A stretch of DNA of 64,000 nt from Callorhinchus milii (lineage: Eukaryota): the NCBI RefSeq assembly GCF_018977255.1, contig NW_024704743.1, positions 36,272,001-36,336,000 of the forward strand. Direction: 5' to 3'. Position 1 is the first letter of the stretch; every line of letters starts with the position of its first letter. Shown piece after piece: positions 1-12,728 of this stretch. A model generated the notes under the pieces. That model was not told the origin of the DNA, searched no databases, and was given only the letters and a program-made list of their open reading frames with translations. The translations under genes were made by a program, and so were the position numbers.

Positions 1-734
1 TCCATCGCTAGTGATATTTCCAATTTTAGTAAGGAGGCCTTTGTCTTTTTAATTTAGCTAAGAATGAGATTAATTTTAACAAACACATTAAGGCTGCAGT
101 AGGAAGTTGATCAGTTTTGCCCTCTGACAGAATGAGATGAAACGGGCTGAAGGTTTTCTTTCTGAAAGGCACTTTGTAAGTGCAACTTACTAGAAACTAG
201 TTATTAGAAATCTTTAGTTAAACCACAAACTCAAAGTAACTCGAAGATAGTGCTGTAGAGACTATCTCCTAAAGGTGGTCTCACGTCACAGCTGTTAAAT
301 CCAATCACGTAGAAATCAATTATATTAAGCAGCATTGATTCAGCACAAAGTCCCTTTAAATCATCCAGACAGCAGCCCTCTTGGAATTTGTCAGGGTAAT
401 GAACAGATTTCTGTGAGTCATGGGACTACCTTGACTTCTTTTGATCGAGAATGCTCCAGAATAAGCATTTGCCAGTTAGCCATACAAATGTCATTTTGTA
501 TTGTATAGTGGAGGTTAATGTACGATAGACTCACTCCTTGTTGGATGGCATTGAAAGGGACAGATTTGGCGAGTCTGTTCTAGGCATTTCTGATAGAATT
601 ACTGCCCTTCTGTTTGAAGATAATGATTTGCTGTTGGATAACTCACCCATTTACATAGCATTTTCATATCATTACATCATTAGTCCAGAATTTAACAAAT
701 TCTTAAATGTAGCCTTAATTTTGAAACTTAATCT

Positions 735-1063
735 TGAGGTGGTACTTGAAGGTGGCGAGGGAGGGGGCGAGATGGAGGGACTCCAGGATGGAGTTCCAGA
801 GGGTGGGTGCAGAATGGCGGAAGGCCCGCCGATAGTGGAGCGAGCAAGGCGGGGGACGTGAAGCAGGCCAGAGCCCGCTGAGCGGAGGGAGCGAACAGGA
901 TGGTAGGGAGTTAGGAGGTCGGAGAGGTAGGGGGGAGGTAGGAGGGCTTTGAAGGTGAGGACCAGGATCTTGAACTGTATCCTGTGTGTGATGGGAAGTC
1001 AGTGGAGTTGGGCAAGGACGGGGGTGATAGAATCACGGAGCCTAGTGCGGGAGAGGACACGAA
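735..1063 (-). mobile_element. L2-type LINE 3' fragment
   Basis: Reverse complement of the L2 ORF2 3' region seen at 4280-4640. Confidence 0.85.
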
Positions 1064-1169
1064 ACTATAGAAAACCAACCTCCAAGAACTGAATTTCACA
1101 ATCTGCCAATTGGAATTTCATCTCAGTCGTGTAGTGTGGTAAGTAATGTGTTACCCAGTCCATATAGAT

Positions 1170-1330
1170 ATCATACAATCACAGAATCATAGAATTATAC
1201 AACACAGAAGGAGTCCATTCGGCCCATCACGTCTGTGCCGGCTCTTTTAAAAGAGCTATCCAAATCAATCCCACTACCCCGCTCTCTCTCCATAGCCCTG
1301 CAAACTTGTCCTCCCCAAATATTTATCTAA
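1170..1330 (-). mobile_element. CR1 LINE 3' tail
   Basis: On -, gggccgaatggactccttctgtgttgtataattctatgattct, the same tail as at 35640-35680 and 40010-40058. Confidence 0.8.
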
Positions 1331-1771
1331 TATCATTGTATGAACTCAGTGCTTCACTCTGCACTTACATTTGGCTTTTCTAATGAGTTCATAGTCCTAC
1401 ACTATGAATTTTCATACCACAAGAGAAATACATTTTCACTAAAGCTACATTCTTAATTCGCAACTATTAGCTGGCTTAACCTTTGCTCCTGTTCAGGATT
1501 TTCAAGCTTTCTTTCTCCTTCTAGTCTCTCAGCTGATGTAGCAGAATTCAATTGGACATTACAGAACAAATGATAATTCAAAGAGAGAAGGGAGTTTCTC
1601 CCGGTATCCTGAATAACAATCTACTAGTTAATTGGTCGGGCATAGCCATGTGCAAATTGACTGCCATGTTTGCTTACAAATATACAGTCACTACACTTTA
1701 CGGAAAACTCTATGAAGTGCTTTGAGATGTTGGAATGCAATAAAGTGCTATATCAAATGCAAGGATTATTA

Positions 1772-2600
1772 CAGTGGTAGCCTGTTAAGCCAGACACATT
1801 GGGGATGGTCGTTTTGTCCAGTTTAAGAGGCGTCCGAGATTAACCGGAATACCATTCCTGCTCAGCAGAGGAGCCCTGTCGATGCTGAATAAAAATATGT
1901 AATGTTGCTTTACTTGAAGTAATGCTAACTAACCAAACAGGATACCAAGTATTTTAACCTAGGAGTTAAAGTTAAAGTCCTGTACTCTCACAGTAAAATA
2001 TATTTACCTTTGATTGACTGCAAAATATCTTCCTACCCAGCAGGATGGTGGTGGTTCTTCCCTCCCATTGCCGTTCCCATTGGATTGGAAGGGAACCAAT
2101 TAGCGGCAGCCTGAGGCGATCGTGAATGTTTGGGCTCCATCCATTGACAAGCAGCTCAGCTGTCAATCAATCTTGATTTGATTTCTCCCATTCCTTTCCT
2201 TGTTCTTCCCCGTTCTTCCGTCCTCTCACTGATTGACAGCAGAACTCCAACCGCATATGAATGGCTGGAGTCCGCTGTCAATCAATCTTAGACTCTTCCC
2301 ATCTCCATTCTGGAGCCCCCCGTAGCTGAATAATAATAATAATCCTTGCATTTGATATAGCGCTTTTCACGTCTTCTCGACGTCTCAAAGCGCTTCACAG
2401 AATAGACTGTAAGTGAATTGACCGTATATTTTGTGGGCGAATGGAGCCACTCGAGACATAGAAAGCCTGAGTGAGTACATTCAGTGGTGACTAGTGTGGC
2501 ATTTTGCCTGGATTAACCAAATATGAATCAGGGCTGGATCTTTTGTTTGATTTACCCAACATCTAGGGTTAACCGGGGTACGCTAAAGCGGATTCAACCG
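1772..2600. mobile_element. Non-autonomous Tc1/mariner (pogo/Tigger-like) element, interrupted by a SINE tail at about 2331-2443
   Basis: Ends ta|CAGTGGTAGCC and GCGGATTCAACCG|ta. An inverted homologous copy lies at 4837-5895. Confidence 0.6.
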
Positions 2601-3454
2601 TATTATTAATATATTTGCTACCAAGGAATCTATTTTACCATGATCACTAAAAATAGCAAACTTTTAACTGGATCTTTATTGGGCGTACATTTCGTAACAG
2701 AATGTGATGATTATCCCTTGTGACATATCACTAATTGAACCTGTAGTGGGATTGCCTCCATTCTAAAGAGTTAGCAAAATGGTCATTATTTTCACTGATC
2801 AGTGCAAGGTACACTCCCAAGTCTGTCAGAATGGGATATTGTGACATGGATCAGAAGATTGTAAATTAAGACAAATATTATGCATTATTTAAAAATTGCT
2901 ATTTTGAAGAATCTACATAAGGCAGATTGTAGCATTTAACCATTGTTGTTTGAAGAGAGTAGACACCTTGTATGTTTGCTGCTGTTCTGCTTTACACCTT
3001 TCCTGAAACTGAACTGGTTTTCTTCACATTAAGGAGCTGAGCAGGTGCATGTTCGATATGGAGCAAAGCCTTGCAAGGATGGAAAGAAGAGTTAGTTTGG
3101 GGGCCTGGACCAGAGAGGTAATCTTTGTGAATCCTGAATTCAAAGTTTGTACAGCAATATATGTTCGGAATGTGATCAAATGCAGCAAGTTGCAACACTG
3201 GTCACAAAAGTGTCTCCCAAATGATACATAACTTTTTCTATAATCAGAATTATGGTACTCTGATCTATGGGAATGCTGCTCCAGAATTAGATTGTGGTGG
3301 AGCCAAATTCCCATGGGTCAGCATGATATAGTTCCAGTTACCCGAATCAATTGCTATTTGCGACTCCCAAGTCATTTATAACAATTTCTGTTACGAATTG
3401 TCACAATTTAGGCCACAATGTGGTGCTATGATTGAATGTTGTGAGATGCTGCCC

Positions 3455-4757
3455 ACAGCACGGAAACAGCCTGGTCAAAGTCACTAATGTCATTCTGAAC
3501 ATCTGTGATCAGGGCTCCCTCTGCCTCTTTGTCCTCCTCGATCTCTCTGCCGCCTTCAACACTGCCGACCACTCCATCCTCATACACCGCCTCTCCGCTT
3601 TACTCAATCTTCGCGGACCTGCCCTTGCCTGGTTCGATTCCTATCTCTCTCACCGTCTCCACTGTGTTGCCTCTAACGGTTTCTCCTCCAGGCCCCGCAC
3701 TGTCACGTCTGGCATCCCCCAGGGTCTGTCCTTGGCCCTCTCCTCTTTAATATCTACATGTCTCCCCTTGGTGACATCATCCGCAGACATGGGGTCAACT
3801 TCCATATGTATGTGGATGACACCCAACTCTATCTTTCTGCCTCCACCCTCAACTCCAGGACCACTGCTGTCCTGACAGACTGTCTGTCGGACATCAAGTC
3901 CTGGATGAGGGCAAATTTCCTACAGTTGAATGTGAACAAGACTGAGGCCCTCCTGATTGGCTCACGCCAGCGCCTCAGCACCTCAGGCTCTGGCAGCATC
4001 AACCTCCATGGTTGCACATTTCAACTCACCAGCCAGTCAGGAACCTCGGTGTCTTGTTCGACCCTCAACTGTCTTTTCTCCCCCAAATTCAAGCCATGAC
4101 TCGTTCTGCCTTCGCTCACCTCCGTAACATCGCCCGACTCCGCCACTACCTCACCCCTCAGGCCACTGAAACTCTTGTTCATACCTTCATCACCTCCAGG
4201 TTCGACTATGCAAATGCCCTGCTTGTCGGCCTTCCCAACTCCTCCCACCACAGGCTGCAGATAATCCAGAACTCTGCAGCCCGTGTCCTCTCCTGCAACA
4301 AACTCCGTGACTCCATCTCCCCCACTCTCGCCCGACTCCACTGGCTCCCTATCCTTTAGAGGATCCAGTTCAAGATCCTGGTTCTCACATACAAAGCCCT
4401 CCATGGCCTCGTGCCACCCTACCTCTGCGACCTCCTAATCCCCTACCAACCCGCCCGTTCTGTCCGCTCAGCCGGCTCTGGCCTGCTCCAAGCCCCCGAC
4501 CCACCCGCCCCAACATTAATGGGAGAGCCTTCAGCCACTCTGCCCCCAACCTCTGGAATTCCATCCTCCAATCACTCCGCCTGGCCCCCTCCTTAGCCTC
4601 CTTCAAGTCCCGCCTCAAGACCCTCCTCTTTGACCATGCTATCGGCCACCCCCACCCCGACACCAGCTCGGGTCTGAAATGCTGTACTCTGTCCAGCGCC
4701 TTGGGTCGTCCTCACGACATGAAAGGCACTATACACATGTAATCTTGTTGTTGTTGC
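3455..4757 (+). mobile_element. 5'-truncated L2 LINE, frameshifted RT plus 3' tail
   Basis: Motifs [26 protein letters not shown] and LHWLP; (TTG)n tail. Confidence 0.93.
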
Positions 4758-4836
4758 TAAAATATCCTACAAGCCATTGAGCATGTTACCTGTTTTGGAA
4801 ATGTTCATTTTATATGGGTGTCATTTTTTTTATATG

Positions 4837-5895
4837 CAGTGAAATCCGCTTTTGCCAGACGCAAGTTAACGCCAGACGTTTTGGGTCAATCGAACAAAAT
4901 GCTCAGCCCCAATTCATTTGTATTCTTATCTGTTTGTGGAGTCCTGTAGCTCAGTAGTTACAGCGCTCGCCTCGCAAGCAAGAGACCTGGATTCGATTCC
5001 CGGCAGGGTGAAACCTTGGGCAAGTTTCCTTACTCCACACGCCTGATAATAATCCCTCAAGAAAAAAACCCATAATAATTTGGTCACTTCAATCCACGAC
5101 TGTTTGTGGGACACTACTGTGCGCAATTGGCTGCCACGTTTCGCCCACAAATATACAGTCAACTCACTTTACAGTATATTGTGTGAAGCACTTTGAAACG
5201 TCTAGAAGACGTGAACAGCTCTATATCAAATGCAAGGATTATTATTAGTAGTATTATTTTAAATATGCCTGTTAATTCAGACGAAAGTCCGCTTTATCCA
5301 GGCAAAATGCCGCTCTAATCCCCGCTGAATGTATTCACTCGAGCCTTGTGTGTCGAGCCTTCAGCCACGAGGGGCTCTGGGATGTAGATCGGAGGAGTCA
5401 AGTTGCGATTGACAGTGGACTCCAGCCATTCACAAGCGGCTTGAGTTGTGCTATCAATCAGTGAGGGGGCGGAGGAACGGGGAAGAGCACGAGAGGGAAC
5501 GGGAGCAGTCAAATTGTGATTGATTAACAGCTGAGTGGTTTGTGAATGGCTGGAGCTGAAACATTCACAAGCGGCTGCAGGCTGTCAATCACCTCAACCG
5601 CCGCTGGCTGGTCCCCTTCCTGTCCATTGGGAACGGCAATGGGAGGGAGGCAGCATAAGCCACTGCTCCTCTGCTGGGCGGGACAGTACAATACTGAACT
5701 GTAATTTGCAACCAAACAGAGGTAAATATGTTTTCCTGAATTCTGTGAGAGTATTTTAATTTTAACTGGTTAGTTAACATTGCTTCAAGTGAAACAACGT
5801 TATTACATAATATAATTCGGAACCGTCACAGCTCCTCTACTGGGCTACAATGGTATTTCGGCTAACCTTGGACGCGTCTTAAGTCGGGCAAAATG
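4837..5895. mobile_element. Second, inverted copy of the Tigger-like element, interrupted by the SINE at 4938-5257
   Basis: Starts CAGTGAAATCCGC; 5290-5895 is the reverse complement of about 1810-2515. Confidence 0.6.
4938..5257 (+). mobile_element. tRNA-Ala-headed SINE, short variant
   Basis: A box TAGCTCAGTAG, B box GATTCGATTCC, CGC anticodon-like loop, L2-like tail, (TTA)n end. Confidence 0.9.
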
Positions 5896-6304
5896 CATAA
5901 TCAGATTCCACATACACATATGTATGTATATATATGAACCTTTGCTGCTTCCTAATCTTAGGCATTCTGTTCCCTATTCACCTTGTAATGGTAATCGCAG
6001 GGTTTGGAATTGCAAGATTCAGTCACTGTGCTAAACAAGACTTCTGATTTGCAACTGAAATTACACAATTGTCTTCCAAATTTGATAACCAAGTTACTTA
6101 AAAATTTAGAATAAAATCACAATTTCCAAGGCCTCTTTTGTGGCCAATGTATTGTTCTCCGATCTTTTGTTGAACATTTTCTGCCTTTTCTGAACTGAGA
6201 AGCCGGAAGTTGCACATTTTTCACGACACTTTTTCCGAATGCTTTACTTTCAACCCACTTATCTCTTTATTATGGCTTTTATTCCTTTTTCTTTCAAATA
6301 TCTA

Positions 6305-6710
6305 TAGCTCAGTTGGGAGCACTCTCACCTCTGAATCAGAAAGTTGTTGGTACAAGAACCACGTCAGGACTTTGAACTCATACCAGCTTGTTTAATGCTC
6401 CAATATGGTGCTGGGGGTGCTATCCTTTGGATGAGATGTTAAGCTGAGGTTCTGCCTGTCTGCTTGTTCATGTCCCATCAGTCCCATCTATTCAGGTGGA
6501 CATTAAAGATCCCATGGCACGATTCAAAATGAGAAGGGACTTTGTCTTGGCCAATTAAAATTGGTTGTTCACTTCATAACTGTTTGTGAAACATTGTTGT
6601 GTACAAATTGAATCCTGGTTCACCTACAAATTACACAGTTACTACAGTTTACAGTATATCCTCTCAGGCACTTTGAGATGTGAAAGATGCTATATTAGAT
6701 GTAAGGATTT
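6305..6710 (+). mobile_element. Old Deu-domain SINE (SacSINE1/AmnSINE1-like)
   Basis: tRNA-like head followed by ggatgagatgttaagctgagg...caggtggacattaaagatcccatggcac, the Deu-domain signature (recalled). Confidence 0.75.
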
Positions 6711-6858
6711 CTAAGTGTCCAGTATTTCCATCTCTAATTCAACAAGCAGTGCCATGCAGATAGATTCATTCAGATGGAGAGAAAATCTCAATTAGCTGAA
6801 TTAATATTTTTACGTGCCTCTAATCAAAGTCCATTTGTTTGAATGTTGTGTTTTAAAG

Positions 6859-7125
6859 GAGCCTTCCATCCCTGCACATGCTCAAATCCCAAAGGGTAAA
6901 TCTGATCTGGATATAAGCAAAGGAACTACACACACTAAAACCCATGCAGATGTAATGGAAGAGAAGCTGAGATCAAAGTTGGTTGAACTAGCTACAAAAC
7001 TAAGTGACAGAGAATCATCGTCTGGTGATGAGCTGGATCAAGAGACAACCAAGGAAGCTCGGGAGAGGGAGGATACATCCTCATCTGATGAAGACCACAA
7101 ACAAATTCAGGATGAACTTGTGAGA
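6859..7125 (+). CDS. MYRIP: MYRIP (Slac2-c / exophilin-8) internal coding exon, 89 codons, phase 0/0; upstream exons not found in the window
   Basis: Boundaries ttttaaag|GAG and AGA|gtaagt. Translation EEKLRSKLVELATKLSDRESSSGDE...IQDELVR resembles human MYRIP EEKRRNRLYELAMKMSEKETSSGED...VQEELKK (recalled). Confidence 0.88.
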
Positions 7126-7989
7126 GTAAGTTACATTTGGGAGAAAGAGAGCTGAATTTTGTCACGATCTTTGTTTGTGCACATGGGTGCATGTATATAG
7201 GTGCATGTATATAGGTGCATGTAGGAATGTGCATGTATGTATATATAATGCTAGACATAAAGAAATACACATTATAAGCACAAAAATAAGTACTGCCCAC
7301 TACGTAGGGCATGATTTTGCTCATTCTCGGTAAGTTAAGTAAAAGTTTGTGCCAAACAAGTCATTAATTTAGCAGAGAATCGATTGCACTGATGGAAGTG
7401 ACTGAGGAGCGAGGGTACAGAGATAGCAAGGGTACTTGAGGAGGCCTTTCTGTGTCTCTTACTTTCATAACTGCGTAATGTAAAAAAGTATACAAGAAAA
7501 ACCTTCAAGTACGTTTCTTGTGTCAATTAGCCAGAGAATGAGTTGAGGTGATCAGAAAGGTGTTAGATTTGTGCTGAATAATATTGATTTTATTAAAGAG
7601 ATTTCTGGTCATAGGGTTTCTGCTTTGATCTAATTAGTTCTTATAAACAGAGCTGTGTGAGGTTCTGGGAATGAGTGAAAGATGCACCTTACCCACTTCT
7701 TTCTTCTGAAGTGCTTGTTTCAGAGAGCTCTCCTTCACTCATTAATGATAATTCAAGTCTAGCTCAAGGGTTCACTTTTAACAATTTGTTTTTCCAGCTC
7801 TTCTGTACATATTTTTAGTGTTTGAGGAGAATAGGGTCCAGTGAATTCTATGCTCGAATGTTTCTAATGCCAGAGTCTATCTCTACAATCTCGTAATTAT
7901 TTCTTTATGTGCTGAAAACATGAATGTATAGGGTGGCCTTATTGCAGTGTTGTGGAACATAGATTGAGAGCGGGGGAAGTTGAACAAGC

Positions 7990-8960
7990 TGGAGCCTGAC
8001 AGGTAGGAAGGAGCAAGGCCGTGGAGTGCCTTCAAAGCGAGGACAAGGATTTTGAACTCTATCATCTGGGGTTTGGGGAGCCAGTGGAGGGTGGGGGTGA
8101 TGGGGTCACAGAGCCTGGTGCAGGAAAGGACACGAGCTGCAGAGTTCTGGATGATCCGCATTTGTGGAGGGAATAGTTGGGAAGGCCGACAAGCAGGGAG
8201 TTAGCATAGCAAGCCTAGATGTAATGAATAATAATAATAATAATAATTCTTGCATTTGATATAGTGCCTTATCACGTCTTCAAGAGTCTCAAAGCGCTTC
8301 ACAGAATATACTGTAAAGTGAATTGATTGTAAATTGCGCACAGTAGTGTCCCACACACAGTCGTGGATTGAGTGACCAAATTATTATTATTTTTTAAGGG
8401 ATTTTTTACCCCCAGATAAACAATCTGGCAATCGGCTAACAACCAGGTTCTTACTTACTGCTAGATAAATAGAGGAGTGTAGAGTAAGGAAACTTGTCCA
8501 ACTTTTTGCCCTGCCCAGGAATCAAACCCAAGTTCCGTCATTTGCGAGGCGAGTGCTCTAACCATTAAACTACAGGAATATGTGGATGAGGGTTTCGGTG
8601 TCTGAGGGGTGAGGCAGTGGCGGAGCCTGCTGATTTTCCATAGGTGGGAAAGGTAGAACGGGTCATAATAATAATAATCCTTGCATTTGATACGGCGCCT
8701 TATCATGTCTTCGAGACGTCTCAAAGCGCTTATTTTGTGGGCAAAACACGGCAGCCAATTGTGCACAGCAGTGTCCCACAAACAGTCATGGATTGAATGC
8801 ATGGTTGTGGGGTAGAAAGGACAGTTGAGGGTCAAACAAGATGCCAAGGTTCTGGGCTGCTCAATGAGGTATAGTGGTGGTGGATGCTGCCATGGATAGT
8901 GATGCTGCCAGCACTTGACAATGTATATCAGCTGTACTGCACTGTGTGTCACCTTGTAGT
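7990..8960 (-). mobile_element. L2 fragment with nested SINEs (long-variant SINE 8227-8577; SINE piece about 8665-8795)
   Basis: IIQNSAARVL/LHWLP L2 motifs broken by SINE sequence. Confidence 0.85.
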
Positions 8961-11084
8961 AGGGTTTAGGCTGCGCCCGGAAAACAAACTTGCACCAAGG
9001 TTTTTCAAACAAAAAGAAAAGTTAATTTTGATAAGGAAGCTATTGCTTTTTACAGCCGTCTTCTCCATACAGACCCATCTCTCTCTAACACCCAGCTACC
9101 CAGATATATATTAGTACTGATTTATTAACCGGTTGCTGGTGCCCAAATCGCACTTAGACTGGAATATCAAATAACACTGATTGGAGTTCAGCTCATTAGC
9201 CATCTTGATTGAGGGCACATCAAGTAAAAAAAAACAACATGCTCCTTTACACATAAGTGGAGCCCCAGTCACACAGCCATACTACACTGCATGAGGTCTT
9301 TTTTCAGTGCAATTGTTCTCAGGCTTGTGGAGTCAAAAGAGTCTGTGTTTTTGCCTTTACCAGAGATAATTGTGTGTCAACAGTATTAAGGCATTATGCA
9401 TCAATTTGTAAATCAAAGTACAAAATGACAATGTAAGGATGATATTGAGGCACCATAGATGAAATAATTTATTTATATGTTTTGTATTCTGGAAATAGAT
9501 GGTAAAACATCAGCGTGGCTAATTCATGCTCTACGTTGTTTGAAATGCCAGTTAACATCAACTCTGATACTGGGTGTCATGAATACTGAGTAATGGATTA
9601 ATAATGGGTTATTTTTCAATAGAATTTGTGGGTGGTATGCCTGAAGGTCACTGCAACATTCAAAGGCTGAGAAGTGATCCATGTTTAGAAGTAGTTTATT
9701 CGCCTGATGAGAATGTGCTTTCCATTTTATCGCCTACACACGGATGTGGGAGTGCTTGACGCTGATGTCGTTTGCCCATATTGGAAAAGTGTCCTATCCA
9801 AGCACTGGCACCATTCATCTTGATGGGAAGAAACACTCACCAGAAAATAAATTAAAGCAAATTATAAAGAGAAAAGCCCATTCTTTTTTCAGCAACGGCC
9901 ATTTCCCATCGTATTCAACACCCTGAGCGAGGTCAATAGTTGCAAAGAGAACATCCTGCGCATAAAGCTGGACCATACTGTAGTTCTCAGTGTCTCTCTC
10001 TCATAGTAACTTGGGTGACGTCTAGGACATAGTCTATGTCACATGGTGAGATTCTAGCACGGTAACAGAAATATCTATAAGCAAACTTACATCAGTTAAT
10101 AAGCTGATCGCTTGTCCTTTGCTCACCGCTGTCTCTTGCTCCTCTCTGCCAATATGTCCTGTGCTTACTTATCCCTCTCTTTTCCATATTTGCTGGTTTG
10201 TCCTCCCCTCACCCAGGGGTACTGAGGCCAGCATTACCATCTCCGTTTCCATCTGGCCGAGATGGATTAATGCAATACAGTTTCTCACTGGCAAATAGAG
10301 GACTGGATTCATATGGAAAATACCACGGGAAATCCAACTCTATCAGGGTTGATCATCATAACAACAATGCTTGAATATTGATACCACAAGTTTAATCAGT
10401 AAAGCTCTCTGAGATGCTACCCGGATGAAGGGAGCTGTATAAGGGGACATCCTCCCGACGTGAAAGGTGTTATACAAATGTAATTTTGTTGTTGTATAAA
10501 TGCCCGTTTTGTTGTTATTGTAGTTTGGAAGTGGGTTTTCTGTGACTGGTTTCCAAATTAAAACCAATTTAAGAATTTTCCAAAATCCAGCACAATCTCA
10601 AATTTTAAGACAGTGGTTTGAGTTGCTCTTATTGTTGCTTTCAACTCTGAAATTGGAAAGTGAGTAGTGTGGGGTGATGAATGCTATCCTGCTCCTCATT
10701 AACCTATACCAGGTATACTAGCAGTTAGGCTTTGAACTGGAGTAAGCAGGCAATAATCCAGACGTGGCTAAAAGTGTTCCTGGGAACAGTACAGATGTGG
10801 TGTTTGAAACTTAGCTTGGTGTCGACCAGAGGTTTCACACCACCAAGTATTGTTCAAGAGAGGAGACATAAACAATAAGTTGTTTATTAACAATAACTTC
10901 TATATTAGTCCACAAGGAAATTTACTGTAGTTTTCATTAGTGTGCATCCTTTCAGGTACCGGCCAGAAATGCAACAGTTTATAACCTCCTTGAATCCTAC
11001 TCACCTCAGTGTGAGTGCACTTCAACTCAGTTATTAATATCACTGTTCTTTTTCTCTGTCCCTTTCTCCATTCTAACTGAACAG

Positions 11085-11273
11085 AAATACTCTGCTGTCT
11101 CTCTCTGCAACATCACAACAGAGGCCTTGAAAGTCATCAATGCCACTGAAGATCTGATCGGTGCAGCCACAGGGGGAGGTAGTTCACTCTCGGAGTCACG
11201 TGATCTGGATCAATTTCCGACAGGGAAAGAGGCAATGAAACTGGAAGAACATCTCTCAAAACTAGAGGAAAAT
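11085..11273 (+). CDS. MYRIP: MYRIP coding exon, 63 codons
   Basis: Polypyrimidine tract and ctaac branch point, then acag|AAA. Reads KYSAVSLCNITTEALKVINATEDLI...LEEN|gtaagg, matching MYRIP KFSAVSLCNISTEVLKVINATEELI. Confidence 0.95.
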
Positions 11274-11796
11274 GTAAGGACAGAACAATTTAGGCCCACA
11301 AAGCATATGCTTTGCATAGAGGGATGCTAAAATAATCTTTTGGGTCTTTTGGGCACTTGTTTGTCTGATTATATTTCAGTCTCAGGATTAGGGCTGGAGA
11401 ACATTGTATTAATGTTGTTGTTTCCAAATGAATCAACCAATGTTTGGAAACAGATGAGAAAAATGATACTTAGGCACATATATGAAGAAAGGCCACTTAG
11501 GCAAAATATTGGTGTTACTAGTGTCCCAAACAAGTCAGCACATTCATAGGGGATTCCCTCCAGAAAACACAGGTGACGTCACGAGGCACTTGTTCTGGTG
11601 GTGAAGCATCATTCACCGGATACTGCTTATCCAAGGAGTGTTTTTTCACCCTATGGCCTCCATTCAGACTCATCTGCCAAAGAAATTAACAGTTGAAAGT
11701 ACTCATCTGTTTCCAAAATGGAAACAAAGCAGCTTCTCTAACTGACCAGATCCATGACTGCATGTTAGAAAAGCAATAATATTATTGATAATAATA

Positions 11797-12200
11797 ATGC
11801 TTGCATTTGGTATGGTGTCTTTCACATAGGAACACTTCCCAAATGCTTCACAGGATTTATTGTAAGGTGGAGTGACTGTGTTGGTAGGGGAATATGGCAG
11901 CCCAATTGCATAAAGCAATGTCTCACAAACAGCCATGAAATGAATGACCAATTTTTATTTGGGGGGATTGTTGCCAGAACACAAGGAGAAACTCCCTTCT
12001 CTTTTAGAATAGTGTCATGGGATCTTTAACGTCCACCGGAACAGGCAGACGAGATCTCAGTTGAACATATCATCCGAAGGACAGCAGCTGCAATGCACCT
12101 CCAGCAATTTAGACTATGTGAGTTCAAAGTCCTGATATGGGGCTTGAAACCACAACTTTCTGACTCAGAGGCAAGAGTGCTACCGCTAAGCCAAGTTGAC
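11797..12200 (-). mobile_element. Deu-domain SINE
   Basis: On -, ccggtggacgttaaagatcccatgacactattc, with tRNA-like head and tail. Confidence 0.78.
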
Positions 12201-12566
12201 ATGTAGCCTCTGCAAAAATGCTAGACTTGGCTTTATTTAAAATCTTTGATCAATAAGGAAATACTTTGGTCTAATCTGTGAGTAGCACCAACATGACAAA
12301 CAGGATCAGGAATGATGCTCAGCTCTTCTGGAACTAAGCATTACTGCCTTCCTCTCCTCGACTTAATGGTTAGGAAGGGAAAGCAGAGTCAGAAATAAAA
12401 CATAGGAAAGGTTAATACAGATGACTTGAAATTAATCTGAAAAAAGCTCATCAGATCACTGATTTCATTGTTTACATGTACCTGTACTCATATTCATCCA
12501 TTGGCTCGACCCATCATTAGAAAGCCCCTGTAAGACTTTATGCTCTAACCATATCATTTTTCATAG

Positions 12567-12728
12567 GTGTACCTGACAGCAGGCACAGTTTACAGTCTGG
12601 AAGGGCAATTGAATGACCTGGAGGACTGTGCACGTAGTATTCACAGTATAACCACTGAGACAGAATTAGCCGATCTGGAAGACCAAGTGGCCACAGCCGC
12701 TGCACAAGTTCACCAAGCAGAGCTCCAG
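12567..12728 (+). CDS. MYRIP: MYRIP coding exon, 54 codons (coiled-coil region)
   Basis: catag|GTG to CAG|gtaatg; VYLTAGTVYSLEGQLNDLEDCARSIHSITTETELADLEDQVATAAAQVHQAELQ, highly similar to MYRIP. Confidence 0.96.

Noticed and set aside
3432..4663. RT-like ORFs here and at 27006, 33345-34930, 36713, 37444, 58694 and 61258 as host genes
   Set aside because: They are frameshifted L2 or CR1 ORF2 fragments with no intact element.
4938..5010. tRNA-Ala-like sequences (also 22744, 32598, 63404) as tRNA genes
   Set aside because: They have no proper acceptor stem or terminator and run straight into SINE bodies.
10217..10225. Strong pyrimidine tract plus cag| giving G-Y-stop as an alternative terminal exon
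   Set aside because: The acceptor-like sequence is the only evidence.
10956..11010. Possible extra MYRIP exon (ttcag|...|gtgagt)
   Set aside because: At 55 nt it would shift the frame between phase-0 exons, and it has no recognisable homology. A poison exon cannot be supported without RNA data.
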